IMG/VR virus record: IMGVR_UViG_3300017991_000002
Location: 62,001-126,000 of that record
Strand: one strand, 5' to 3'
Length of the DNA stretch: 64,000 bases
Shown: positions 36,593-46,588 of the stretch, piece by piece
Layout of the letters: each line of letters opens with the position of its first letter
Numbering within the stretch: the stretch's first letter is position 1
The notes under the pieces: model-generated
The model's database searches: none
What the model saw: the letters and a program-made list of their open reading frames with translations, nothing else
What the model was told of the DNA's origin: nothing
Made by a program: the position numbers and the translations under genes

Positions 36593-37928
36593 ATCTGGCC
36601 TAATGAAGTACAAATCGAACGATGAATATCAAGTGAAAGTACTGGCCCTTATGGTAAGGGACCCAAAATTCATCGAAATTTATTATGACGTCTTAAATCC
36701 TGATTATTTCACAGTCGACACGTTGGGAATTCTTGGCAGGCTTATTATGGGCTATTATGACAAGTATAAGATAGCCCCTACAAGAACAAGCCTGGAAGAT
36801 ATGGTCGATGAGTACAATTACAAGAAACGAGTTATTCCGGAGGATAGAGAACGACTATTGAATATGGTCGAGTATATCTTTCGATGTGACACGAGCGAAG
36901 AGTCCTATATTAAGGACAAAGTGGTTTCATTCGGAAGAACTGTTGCCTTGAAGCATGCGCTGAGCGAAGTTATTGATCTTGTAGAGGACCCAGACGAGGA
37001 CAATTACAACAATGTTAAGGACATCATTGATCATGCCCTTATGGTCGGGACTCCCATGAGGTCGGATAGATTTGACTTCAATGCCTTCATCAGGGATCCT
37101 CATGATTATATGTCACGATTAAGAGAATTCGATCCGTCGTACAGGGTTGCTCTTCCTTGGACAAAACTCAACAATGATCTGGAGGGAGGCTTAGGAGCAG
37201 GACAACTAGGTGTTATTATGGGAGGACCTGGTATGGGTAAATCGATTTTTCTGTTAAACATTGCGCATGCTGCGGTAGAGTCCCAGGGACTCCCAACATA
37301 TTATTTTGCGATCGGTGACTTGAAACCCCATGATATCTCGATAAGATATCTCTGTAAACTATTTAACATGACATATACAGACATCGTAAAAAATCCTGAC
37401 CCGAGAACTCTTCAGGAAAAGATAGACTTCCATAGTCGACGTCACCGACCGTTGGAGATTGTGTATTTTGCTCCAAGTACCGTAACAGTAAGTACGCTAA
37501 AGTCGTATATAACAAAGACCATATCCATAGACAACGACATGAGACCGGGACTTATAATTGTCGACTATGCAGATAATCTTCTTCCTACCAGATACGAAGG
37601 ACAGGGAACTTATCTGGAGATGGGATCTGTTTATGAGAAGCTTATTGAGATGGGGAACTCATTTGATTGCCCCCTATGGACTGCCTCTCAACCACGGCGA
37701 TGGGGGCTCACGGAAGAAGTTTTGGATGTGGAAAATGTTGGGGACAGCTGGAAGAAGATACAGCATGCTGATGCAGTTATCACAATAAACCAGAGCCGGG
37801 TTGAAAGGGATAAGGATCCTCCTGTACTCCGGTTGTATAGTGCGAAAACTCGAAGAGGTGTATCGAAGAAGTCTATTCAATACACTACTGACTTTTCAAG
37901 AATGAATATAACGGAAATATCTGTATAA
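36579..37928 (+). CDS. dnaB: DnaB-like replicative helicase
   Basis: GGPGMGKS, IIVDYAD, WTASQ, KTR. Confidence 0.9.
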   Translation: MPSGRSGLMKYKSNDEYQVKVLALMVRDPKFIEIYYDVLNPDYFTVDTLGILGRLIMGYYDKYKIAPTRTSLEDMVDEYNYKKRVIPEDRERLLNMVEYIFRCDTSEESYIKDKVVSFGRTVALKHALSEVIDLVEDPDEDNYNNVKDIIDHALMVGTPMRSDRFDFNAFIRDPHDYMSRLREFDPSYRVALPWTKLNNDLEGGLGAGQLGVIMGGPGMGKSIFLLNIAHAAVESQGLPTYYFAIGDLKPHDISIRYLCKLFNMTYTDIVKNPDPRTLQEKIDFHSRRHRPLEIVYFAPSTVTVSTLKSYITKTISIDNDMRPGLIIVDYADNLLPTRYEGQGTYLEMGSVYEKLIEMGNSFDCPLWTASQPRRWGLTEEVLDVENVGDSWKKIQHADAVITINQSRVERDKDPPVLRLYSAKTRRGVSKKSIQYTTDFSRMNITEISV

Positions 37929-37937
37929 GGACAATCA

Positions 37938-38906
37938 ATGGCAGACAGCATACCCACAGGCAAAGGAAATGAGGTAAGGTATAATTGCCCCTTCTGTAAA
38001 GAGAATACAGGAAGGGAGGATACAAAATATCATCTCTACTTCGACCCAGATAGGTTGTACCGAGGGGTCATCGGTCAGTTTGTCTGCTACCGCTGTGGGG
38101 AGAGGGGAAGTTGGCGAAGGCTGAGAACAGCACTTGATATCTCCGAAAGTAGTAGAAATGGCATAGATTCCAGGTTAACAAGGTTCCGATGGGGAGAAGT
38201 TAAAAATGATGAAGACTCCGGGAAAAGCACTATCATTGACCCCCCGGGTATCCCCATAACAAAAGGATCCCCCGCTGAAGATTACTTAATCAAAAGAGGG
38301 TTTTCAACTGGGCACATTAAGATGTATAAGCTGCTGGAAGGGGTAGGGAGTATGAGTGGTAGGGTAATAATACCAGCATATAAGGAGGATAAAATAGTAT
38401 TCTGGCAGGCCAGATCGGTCAAGGACAGTATTAAGCCGAAATACATATCCCCTCCTTCCTCCAGCAAGGGTGACACTATTTTCAATATAGAGAGAGCATC
38501 GGAATTTAAGAGGATGCACATTAAGGAAGGTCCGCTCAATGCTATCATGGGAGGACTCGATTGTGTTGCTCTTTTCGGAAAGGAAATATCCCCGGGGCAG
38601 TTATCTTCCTTGATCAAGAGCGGCGTAAAAGAATTTGTTATATGTTTGGATGATGATGCATTTAAGTGGTCGCTCAGATTAGCACAGAAAATAAAGAATA
38701 AAGACTCTAATCTGAAAGTATTCGTATACATCCCGCCAATGGGAAAGGACACCGTCGATGTAGGATTCAGGGAATTTCGTAGACTGGTTAAGGATCGGAC
38801 TGTTGATGTTAATACCTTATGCGGGGAGGAGACGGCGAGAATGACATTCCAGGAACTGATGAGAAAGGATATGATGGATGAGAAAGCTGAACTTACCCAA
38901 GGTTGA
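37938..38906 (+). CDS. DNA primase
   Basis: CPFC...H...CYRC Zn finger, EG, TOPRIM CLDDD. Confidence 0.85.
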   Translation: MADSIPTGKGNEVRYNCPFCKENTGREDTKYHLYFDPDRLYRGVIGQFVCYRCGERGSWRRLRTALDISESSRNGIDSRLTRFRWGEVKNDEDSGKSTIIDPPGIPITKGSPAEDYLIKRGFSTGHIKMYKLLEGVGSMSGRVIIPAYKEDKIVFWQARSVKDSIKPKYISPPSSSKGDTIFNIERASEFKRMHIKEGPLNAIMGGLDCVALFGKEISPGQLSSLIKSGVKEFVICLDDDAFKWSLRLAQKIKNKDSNLKVFVYIPPMGKDTVDVGFREFRRLVKDRTVDVNTLCGEETARMTFQELMRKDMMDEKAELTQG

Positions 38907-41754
38907 TGATGTACCTACTAGGGAATTGGGTATTCTGTTTGACCATCGTTGTGATATATGTGATCTTTGTCACTGGGCCACTAATGTAAAGATTAAACCC
39001 AGATACGGGGGCAAAAGGGTAAAGATTTTGATGATCGGGGAAGCCCCCGGGCCTCAAGAAGATCAAAAGGGAACCGCTTTTATTGGACCCTCCGGGATCA
39101 CAATAGATACATGTGTTCATGATGCAGGTGTCCCTTCTTCCCACGTAGGATTTACAAACGTCGTTCGATGCATACCTTGGAAGGATCCTTCCCTGAGAAT
39201 GGGGATAAGACAGCCTTCGCAAGAGGAGGTATATAACTGTGGAGCAGCTTATCTGTTTCGGGAAATAGGTCATGTCAAGCCAGATATTATAGTGACATTG
39301 GGGGTACCATCCGCAAAGTTCCTCTTGGGAGATCGTTTAGTCGGATCCTTGGGAAGAATTAGGGGAAGGATATTTGATGTCAGTATTTATGGAAATACCT
39401 ATCCTGTTATCCCGACGTATCATCCGGCCTCTGTCTTAAGGGGACAAGTCCAAAACAGGCAGGATATTATTCGAGACATAAGAAGAGCCTGGAAGATTGC
39501 TACCGGGGAAAAGTACTATTACTCTCCGACCACTCATATAATCAATGACACATATAAGGCAATAGAGCTCCTTCACGACATATGTGATATGAAGGAGAGC
39601 GGGTCAATAGAATACTGTTCATATGATATAGAAAGCACTGGCTTCGACCCCTGGAGTAATGAGATACTCGGTTTCTCTGTGAGTCATGATCCGAAGGTTG
39701 GATATTTCATACCACTTTACCATACGGAGTCTGATGTGGATGTGGACAAACTGATGCCTGCTTTTAAGAGATTTTCCTCAACGGTCCCGATTGTGGCCCA
39801 TAATGCAAAATTTGATTTCCTATGGACCTTTATACGACTGGGAGTTGAGCTGGACATAGAATTGGATACGTTCCTTATATCATCTCTTACCTACGGGGAA
39901 ACGAGGCGTCATAAGTTGGAAGAGCTGGCTCAGGATCTTCTTGATTTTAATGACTATGACACCTCTTTGCATAAATATGTGGAGACCCTCCCCGCCTCAA
40001 AAAGGCATTTTGGAAATGTTCCCTTAGAACTGTTGGGAACCTACGGGGCAATGGATGCGATTGCTACAAGATGCCTGGCTCCTATAATGAAAGAGAACAT
40101 AAAGACTCATGGTCTCGAGTATCCGTGGAATCTCTTACTGGAATCCATCTATGTTTTTTCGGAGATAGAATTAAACGGGTGGGCCGTTGACAGGGATAAA
40201 TTGGAGGAGTTGAAAAAGCTTTATCCTGAAAGGGTTATGGTTTATTTTAAGAAACTATTAAGATCAGAGGGGGCCAAGAATTTCCTTAGACAGCAGGAAG
40301 AGGACAAAAAACTTGCTCCCTTGCTTCACAGACTTGATGATATTGATAGCTTTGATGAGGGGGAGATGAAGGTCATATATAAAAAGTGCAATCCTATGTC
40401 CCACAAGCAGATGAGAACTATTATGTATGATTATTATAAGGCCCCTGTCCTGGAGAAAGAGAAATCAAAGAAAACGGAGGAGCCCAGCACTAACGAAAAA
40501 AGCATATTGAACGCCATTAAATACTTTAAATCGGAAGACGGGAATGAAGATGCTCACGAATTTCACCAGAACCTATGGGTCTGCAGGAAGATAAATAAGT
40601 CTATCTCTGCATATATCAAGGGTATCCCAAAGCACTTAAGAGAAGGGCAAGAAGAGGACATAATAAATTTCGTCTATAATCTCAGCGGAACAGTAACTGG
40701 AAGGTTCTCCACTAGAACATATGCTATACACACAACACCAAGGAAATCTGACATAAAGAGGCTGTTTCGGTCATTTTGGCATGATAGAGGAGGTCTTATA
40801 ATAGATGGAGATTACTCTCAATGGGAGATGAGAATCTTCGCTCTCGAGTCCGAAGAGACCGGCATGATTGAGGCATTCAAGAGGGGTTACGATATCTACC
40901 GCTACATAGGGTCAATAATATATGAAAAAGGAATGGAAGATATAACCGATGAAGAACGGCAGATCTCAAAGAAGATAGCCCTTGGGCTTATATACGGGTT
41001 GGGTATAGAATCCATAGCAGAACAATGTTTCATTCCTGTATACCAAGCGGAGGATGTCCTTTCGCGATTCTTTACGAAGTTCCCAGGGGCAAAGAACTAT
41101 ACGACCAGAATACACCGTAGAATGAAAACCGACGGATTTGTGAGAACCAGGCTGGGAAGGATACGGCACTTTCCAATGGCGATGGGAGACAGGGATGTCC
41201 CGAAATGGAAAATGCATAAGATGGAAAGAGAGGCCCAGAACTTTCCCATACAGAGTGTCGCCAGTGATCTTACATTAACGGGCTTGTTGTCATTTTTTGT
41301 GAGGCTCCGCAAAGGTGGGTTCAAGTCTCGTATATTAGGATTTGTGCATGACGGTATCCCGGCTGATGTATACCCGGGTGAGTTGTTTCCGATGATGCAT
41401 CAATTCAAAAAGGCGATGAATGACGATCTTACAGAAATGTATGAGTGGTTAACGATCCCTGTAAAATCAGATTTTAAATTAGGGAAAACGTGGGGAAGTA
41501 CCCTAGAAGTAAAGGATTGGAGAGATGGATATCTTAAATTGAAGGGAAAGAAGGAGTATTTTGAAGACCTGATCGATACACTGGGGAAAAATTATACATT
41601 TGAGTGGGAGATACTTGATGAATTTGAGGTCAAGGAGCAGGAATTTATCCTTGGGAAGGCTTATCAAGGATACAGTGAAGACAACGGTTATGTTGTTGCG
41701 GAGATAAGAGATGCCAAAACAATACAGGAAGTGCCATGGATAGATGTCAGATAA
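38878..41754 (+). CDS. polA: Family A DNA polymerase with N-terminal family-4 uracil-DNA glycosylase domain
   Basis: GEAPG, TNVVRC, YHPA; exonuclease DIES/HNAKFD; TVTGRFS, DYSQ, NFPIQS, VHD. Confidence 0.93.
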   Translation: MRKLNLPKVDDVPTRELGILFDHRCDICDLCHWATNVKIKPRYGGKRVKILMIGEAPGPQEDQKGTAFIGPSGITIDTCVHDAGVPSSHVGFTNVVRCIPWKDPSLRMGIRQPSQEEVYNCGAAYLFREIGHVKPDIIVTLGVPSAKFLLGDRLVGSLGRIRGRIFDVSIYGNTYPVIPTYHPASVLRGQVQNRQDIIRDIRRAWKIATGEKYYYSPTTHIINDTYKAIELLHDICDMKESGSIEYCSYDIESTGFDPWSNEILGFSVSHDPKVGYFIPLYHTESDVDVDKLMPAFKRFSSTVPIVAHNAKFDFLWTFIRLGVELDIELDTFLISSLTYGETRRHKLEELAQDLLDFNDYDTSLHKYVETLPASKRHFGNVPLELLGTYGAMDAIATRCLAPIMKENIKTHGLEYPWNLLLESIYVFSEIELNGWAVDRDKLEELKKLYPERVMVYFKKLLRSEGAKNFLRQQEEDKKLAPLLHRLDDIDSFDEGEMKVIYKKCNPMSHKQMRTIMYDYYKAPVLEKEKSKKTEEPSTNEKSILNAIKYFKSEDGNEDAHEFHQNLWVCRKINKSISAYIKGIPKHLREGQEEDIINFVYNLSGTVTGRFSTRTYAIHTTPRKSDIKRLFRSFWHDRGGLIIDGDYSQWEMRIFALESEETGMIEAFKRGYDIYRYIGSIIYEKGMEDITDEERQISKKIALGLIYGLGIESIAEQCFIPVYQAEDVLSRFFTKFPGAKNYTTRIHRRMKTDGFVRTRLGRIRHFPMAMGDRDVPKWKMHKMEREAQNFPIQSVASDLTLTGLLSFFVRLRKGGFKSRILGFVHDGIPADVYPGELFPMMHQFKKAMNDDLTEMYEWLTIPVKSDFKLGKTWGSTLEVKDWRDGYLKLKGKKEYFEDLIDTLGKNYTFEWEILDEFEVKEQEFILGKAYQGYSEDNGYVVAEIRDAKTIQEVPWIDVR

Positions 41755-42515
41755 TAGAATTGATAAAGACCACAAAGAACAAAATAGAGTGGGCTAAAAA
41801 GTTTCCATTTGATTGGCCGTTTTATCAGGACTATAGGATAGGTGATATTGTTTACATAGAAAGTAAAGTCGGTAAGTTAATTGATAAAGAGTTTAACTGT
41901 ATTGTTGTTAACCACTTTGATGGCGTAGAGCATTATTTCAGACCCGGCTCGATAATTCCTGAGGTTGAGGAGAGGATATTGATGGAGAGGCATGAGAAAA
42001 CAAAACAGGAAATGTCGGAGGAGTATGGAATATCGATAGGTCAGATAAATTATATACTCTATCACAGGCCGAGTAGTCGATTTCATGAGTGGTCCGATAA
42101 CGAAGATGAGATATTGCATAAATATAAAAACGAGAGTACCTACAGTCTTTCCACAATATTGAGTAGATGTCCGAGCGATGTGAAGAACAGGAGGAGAGAA
42201 TTGGGATTGATCAAATCCAATAAAAGCTGGAGTGATGTCGATGATGATGAATTCTTAAGGATGTATAAAGAACACAGTGCCAAGGAGCTTGCAAAGATAT
42301 ACAGGACGACAGAAGAATCAGTTCGATGGCACATTTCCGTTGCTCGGAGACGTGTAGGTAATTATGAGCCCAAATCAGTAAAACGGTTATGGACGAGAGA
42401 GGAGGTTGAATTCCTTAAGACGGAGATCCATAATATGTCCAAAAGGGACATTGCTGACGCTTTATCTCGGTCTTTCCATTCTATCAGGTCGAAACTACGA
42501 AGGATAGGAGAATGA
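41736..42515 (+). CDS. Tandem Myb-like HTH repeat protein
   Basis: Three W(S/T)..E...L...A..L.R...V..R repeats. Confidence 0.7.
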   Translation: MDRCQIIELIKTTKNKIEWAKKFPFDWPFYQDYRIGDIVYIESKVGKLIDKEFNCIVVNHFDGVEHYFRPGSIIPEVEERILMERHEKTKQEMSEEYGISIGQINYILYHRPSSRFHEWSDNEDEILHKYKNESTYSLSTILSRCPSDVKNRRRELGLIKSNKSWSDVDDDEFLRMYKEHSAKELAKIYRTTEESVRWHISVARRRVGNYEPKSVKRLWTREEVEFLKTEIHNMSKRDIADALSRSFHSIRSKLRRIGE

Positions 42516-43084
42516 GCAAATTCGAGGTCAATGAGATATGCTCTGTGTGTCGGGAAGAACTCGACGACTATGGAGATTGTCTGTGTACTAAAGGCAAGCC
42601 GGGAATGAGGGAGGCTGTAAAATGGCTGAAAACTTCAGATGCATTTGATGGCCATGAAGGATCCCGGGTAGCTGATCTGGTCAAGATGATTGATACTCCA
42701 GTTAAAAGACTGGATTCAAAAATATCCATCCAGCCTCAATTGGCTGCATCAGTGGCTGCCCTATACACCAAATACTTGAAGAGGGCCCTGTCCCTCGAAC
42801 TAGAGAAAGAGAGGTTGCATGCTAACTTATCCCTGGAAAAGAGAAAACGATACGATAGTGTCAAAGGAACATCTAGGGAGAAGCCTTGGAAGATTTTTGA
42901 GTATGAGATCAAAATTGATCCCAGATTCAATGATCTCCAGGATCGTCACATCAGGGCTGATATAGCTCAAACATTTTTAGGCGACTTAACGAGCACAATG
43001 AAATCAAGGGGCCATGACCTCCAAAAGATGTCTGACGATCGCCGTCAGAAGCTCAGAATAGACGCAGAATCAAGAGACTTATAG
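42512..43084 (+). CDS. UvsY-like recombination mediator (putative)
   Basis: Helical protein with I..DP.F..L; lies before SSB and RecA. Confidence 0.5.
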   Translation: MSKFEVNEICSVCREELDDYGDCLCTKGKPGMREAVKWLKTSDAFDGHEGSRVADLVKMIDTPVKRLDSKISIQPQLAASVAALYTKYLKRALSLELEKERLHANLSLEKRKRYDSVKGTSREKPWKIFEYEIKIDPRFNDLQDRHIRADIAQTFLGDLTSTMKSRGHDLQKMSDDRRQKLRIDAESRDL

Positions 43085-43102
43085 CCAAAAAGGAGACAAA
43101 CA

Positions 43103-44050
43103 ATGGTTAATATTAAGACTTCTCACAAAGCTGATTTGAGTATTTTGAAGAAGTTTGCCAAGGAGTACAAAGAGAGGCAGACTTACGATTCACGGAAAAA
43201 GAACAGCAAGGATATAGATTGGTATCAGTGGAAGGAAAAAAACAAGATCAGAATTCTTCCTCCTTGGTCAAGTTCGGGTGAGATTTTCAAGCTGATCCAA
43301 TATCACTATGGTCTTCCTCCCAGCAATAAGAGTCAACAGTGCCTCAGGCTGACATGGGATCGGCAATGTTACATCTGTACTGCTTTCGGTCGGATGTGGA
43401 CAAAGGACAGTAAGTACGATTTCAAGTGGCGGACGAAGGCATACGCCAACTGCATTGACAGAGACAACCTCGCCGCGGGGGTTCAGGTAGTTGCATTACC
43501 TATGTCGGTATTCAATTGGATTATCCAAATGGTTGATGACGAAGAAGTGGGCGATGTATCCGATGCGAATAAGGGATCAGATATTATGGTTCTTAAGGAA
43601 AAAACCGGTGATCAGCCCAAGGATGTGAAATATATCCCATCTCTGTGGGTGAGAGATTGTGTTCTTTCCAAGGACAAGGAGCAGGCTGAGGAGTGGCTCT
43701 CAAACCTATACGACCTGGATTCTATTTTCAGGTCCCCCAGAGAATCAACCTTCCAGGCCAACCTCGAGGCTGCAAATGCATTTCTCAATAAGTACGGTCT
43801 TCGCTCAATCGACCCCAATAATCTCAGCGAGGAAGACAAATATGTCTTGGAACTGGAGCTTCCTTCTGGCAATGGAGGAAAGAAGGACGAAGAAGAAGAG
43901 GAGGAAGAAGACGTCGAAAGAAAGGCTGCAGAATACCAAGACTCGGATCAACGATCTGAGTGCTTCGGAAATTATGACAAGGACAACGAGGAATGCTTAG
44001 TGTGTCCTGACAGCTCCGATTGCTATGACCAAACAAGCGGAGTAGGTTAA
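43103..44050 (+). CDS. gp32-like single-stranded DNA-binding protein
   Basis: IRILPP, HY, C...C.IC, G.DI, acidic tail. Confidence 0.75.
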   Translation: MVNIKTSHKADLSILKKFAKEYKERQTYDSRKKNSKDIDWYQWKEKNKIRILPPWSSSGEIFKLIQYHYGLPPSNKSQQCLRLTWDRQCYICTAFGRMWTKDSKYDFKWRTKAYANCIDRDNLAAGVQVVALPMSVFNWIIQMVDDEEVGDVSDANKGSDIMVLKEKTGDQPKDVKYIPSLWVRDCVLSKDKEQAEEWLSNLYDLDSIFRSPRESTFQANLEAANAFLNKYGLRSIDPNNLSEEDKYVLELELPSGNGGKKDEEEEEEEDVERKAAEYQDSDQRSECFGNYDKDNEECLVCPDSSDCYDQTSGVG

Positions 44051-44054
44051 AATC

Positions 44055-45080
44055 ATGTCGAGCAAGAAGGAAAAATTAACGGAGGCCCAGTCTGTAGCGA
44101 AGATGCTTAATTCTTCTCTCAAGACAAAAGCTTTTCATGGTGATCCGGCCCTTCTTCTCTCCAACGTAACAAGGTGGCTCCCTACGGGGGCCACCCTTGT
44201 TGACGAGGCTACCACGGGAGGTGTCCCCCAGGGAAGGGTTATAGAACTTTACGGCCCTCCGGATGTCGGTAAAAGCACACTAGGTCAGGCTATTATAAAG
44301 AGAGCAATAGACCTTGATTGGCTACCATTCTACATTGATAAAGAAAATGCCCTAGACAGAAAGCGGGCGGTTAACATCGGATTGGATATGTCAAAAATTG
44401 TCTTCATGGTTCCATCCACAATAGAGGAAGTGTTTACTCTTATTTGCGGATCCGTTGAGAAGGTTAGGGTCGGGAAGATAACAAAACCAATTATTTTCGT
44501 ATGGGATACCCTTGCCAGAACTATGACAGATGAACAAAAGCAAGGCAAAAGAAAACTCGGCTCTTTGGCCAGAGCAGTTCGCTCCAGTATAGCTGAACTC
44601 GGCGATACTTTACCGGAGGGACATGCTTCGTTGCTTATACTGAATCATAGAGTAGCGAAAAATATCAGTTCCGGCAGGTCTTCCTACGGGAGCCCGGGCG
44701 GAAGTGCTCTTTACCATGAAGCCTCGCTTCGGTTACGAATGGCCTATACTGCAGAGGGGAAGATTAAGGATGGTGACAGGATTGTTGGGAATATAGTCAA
44801 TTTGAAGGTAGAGGAGTCAAATCTTTGTGCCCCCTACAGAGAAGCTCCGGTATTTATCCGATTTAAAGAAGGATTGGACGATTTTGGAGCAAATGTATTT
44901 TTTATGAAGAAGATAAATGCCTTTGAGCAGAACGGGACTTGGTTCGTATGGAAACATAAGGACAAGGAATACAAGTTCCAAAATGATCAACAGTTCCTGA
45001 AACAAATGGGTGAGGATACTAAACTGATGGATGCCTTCAGGGAAGAAGTCAGGGGAAGGTATAGGGATATGTATGCATAG
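44055..45080 (+). CDS. recA: RecA/UvsX recombinase
   Basis: GGVPQGRVIELYGPPDVGKST, D.ENALD, PGG.AL. Confidence 0.9.
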   Translation: MSSKKEKLTEAQSVAKMLNSSLKTKAFHGDPALLLSNVTRWLPTGATLVDEATTGGVPQGRVIELYGPPDVGKSTLGQAIIKRAIDLDWLPFYIDKENALDRKRAVNIGLDMSKIVFMVPSTIEEVFTLICGSVEKVRVGKITKPIIFVWDTLARTMTDEQKQGKRKLGSLARAVRSSIAELGDTLPEGHASLLILNHRVAKNISSGRSSYGSPGGSALYHEASLRLRMAYTAEGKIKDGDRIVGNIVNLKVEESNLCAPYREAPVFIRFKEGLDDFGANVFFMKKINAFEQNGTWFVWKHKDKEYKFQNDQQFLKQMGEDTKLMDAFREEVRGRYRDMYA

Positions 45081-45555
45081 AGTCAAAAGGCTGGCTAATA
45101 GATTGGTCATTGACCTTAAACCCTTCTCAAAGAAAATAGAGATTGCCGGATCCATAAGAAGAAAAGCATCAAATCCCAGAGATATTGACATCCTTATCGT
45201 ACCCAGGGACAAGAATGGTATCCTTCAATATTTTAAAAGTATTGACAGGAAAGAAAAGGGAAAACTGCTTGGAGCTGGGGGTATGGCCCTTAACGCAGAA
45301 GTGGACGGCGTCGGTATAAATATCATCTTCACCTCCCAACCCGAATGGGCCCCCAGTCTTCTTCATTTTACAGGACCTAAAGGGGCCAATATCTGGAAGA
45401 AAAGGGTGGCGAAAGACAAGGGATATATTCTCAACAGACATGGATTATTTGATAAGAAGACGAAGAGAAGAATACCGACGCCGACGGAGTATTCTATCTA
45501 CAAGCATCTCGATATGACCTACAGGCCCCCAGAAATGAGAGGTAAGAAGAGATGA
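45073..45555 (+). CDS. Minimal family X DNA polymerase (palm and thumb)
   Basis: IAGSIRR...DIDIL, LLHFTG, LN.HGLF, Y.PPE.R. Confidence 0.85.
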   Translation: MHRVKRLANRLVIDLKPFSKKIEIAGSIRRKASNPRDIDILIVPRDKNGILQYFKSIDRKEKGKLLGAGGMALNAEVDGVGINIIFTSQPEWAPSLLHFTGPKGANIWKKRVAKDKGYILNRHGLFDKKTKRRIPTPTEYSIYKHLDMTYRPPEMRGKKR

Positions 45556-46508
45556 ATAACCTCATTCTGGTAGATGCAAATTATACACTGAAAAGGTGTA
45601 TGTATTCCAAAGATATCAAACCTACTATCAACCACAAGGAAATGAGGATAGGAGGGTCCATAGGATTCCTGTTGAATCTGTCTTCTACCCTAGAGAAGCT
45701 CTCTGCAAAATACTGTGTCCTTGTCTGGGACGGGGGAATTTCAAAGAGGAGACTTGAGAGGTTCCCTGGCTATAAAAGAACTCGATATTTACAGTCCCAA
45801 GATCAGGATTCGATGCTGTTCAGAGATGTTTTTAAGGAGCAAAAAGGTATCTTGAAGGAGATTGCTCTCAAATTGGGTGTGTCATGGATAGAGTTAAAGG
45901 GTCGGGAAGCAGACGATGTGATATACAAAATGATTGATACCTTTCCGGTAGGAGGTAGAACATTCGTTGCTTCGGAGGATAAGGATCTGTTTCAGTCCTG
46001 CATGAAAGGAGCAACTGTGTTTCGTCCATTTAAAAATGATATGATAACACCTAACAACTTTGAACGTTTAATGGGTATTCCCATCAATAAGTATATACTA
46101 TGGAGAGCTATTGTAGGAGAAAGGTCCAGAAACGATGTTGACGGAGTTCCTGGCATAGGAAGCGTTACGGCTACTGATCTACTTAAGAACGATAATGTTT
46201 CCGACTTCGCGAGCATGGCAGTACACTGTATACAAGAGGATGCCTCTAAAAAAGAGGAGGATATAATAAATTTTTTTGAGGTTATTTGCCGCAACATCTA
46301 CATATTGGATCTGGGGAAGGAGGAGTTTTCTGTCGAGGACGAGCTCGAGATGAGAGAGCAGGTAATGGAAACGACCACTACCTTTGACGAGAAAGATGTC
46401 CGGGATATACTAATCAGGAACGAGATGGAGTCACTATTGAGCAACTTTACTAAGTTTATCCGTCCTTTCCGTAAACTTGAATCGTTATGTTCCCAGACCT
46501 CTCCGTAG
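45552..46508 (+). CDS. 5'-3' exonuclease / flap endonuclease (T4 RNase H-like)
   Basis: LVDAN, VWDG, YK..R, EADD, SEDKD, GVPGIG. Confidence 0.88.
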   Translation: MNNLILVDANYTLKRCMYSKDIKPTINHKEMRIGGSIGFLLNLSSTLEKLSAKYCVLVWDGGISKRRLERFPGYKRTRYLQSQDQDSMLFRDVFKEQKGILKEIALKLGVSWIELKGREADDVIYKMIDTFPVGGRTFVASEDKDLFQSCMKGATVFRPFKNDMITPNNFERLMGIPINKYILWRAIVGERSRNDVDGVPGIGSVTATDLLKNDNVSDFASMAVHCIQEDASKKEEDIINFFEVICRNIYILDLGKEEFSVEDELEMREQVMETTTTFDEKDVRDILIRNEMESLLSNFTKFIRPFRKLESLCSQTSP

Positions 46509-46588
46509 AGATGGCTGTGCAGGAACTGGCAACCTGTACCTCCAGACTGATACGGAAGCAGGCTCTGGGAACTTTTTAGGGGTGATTT

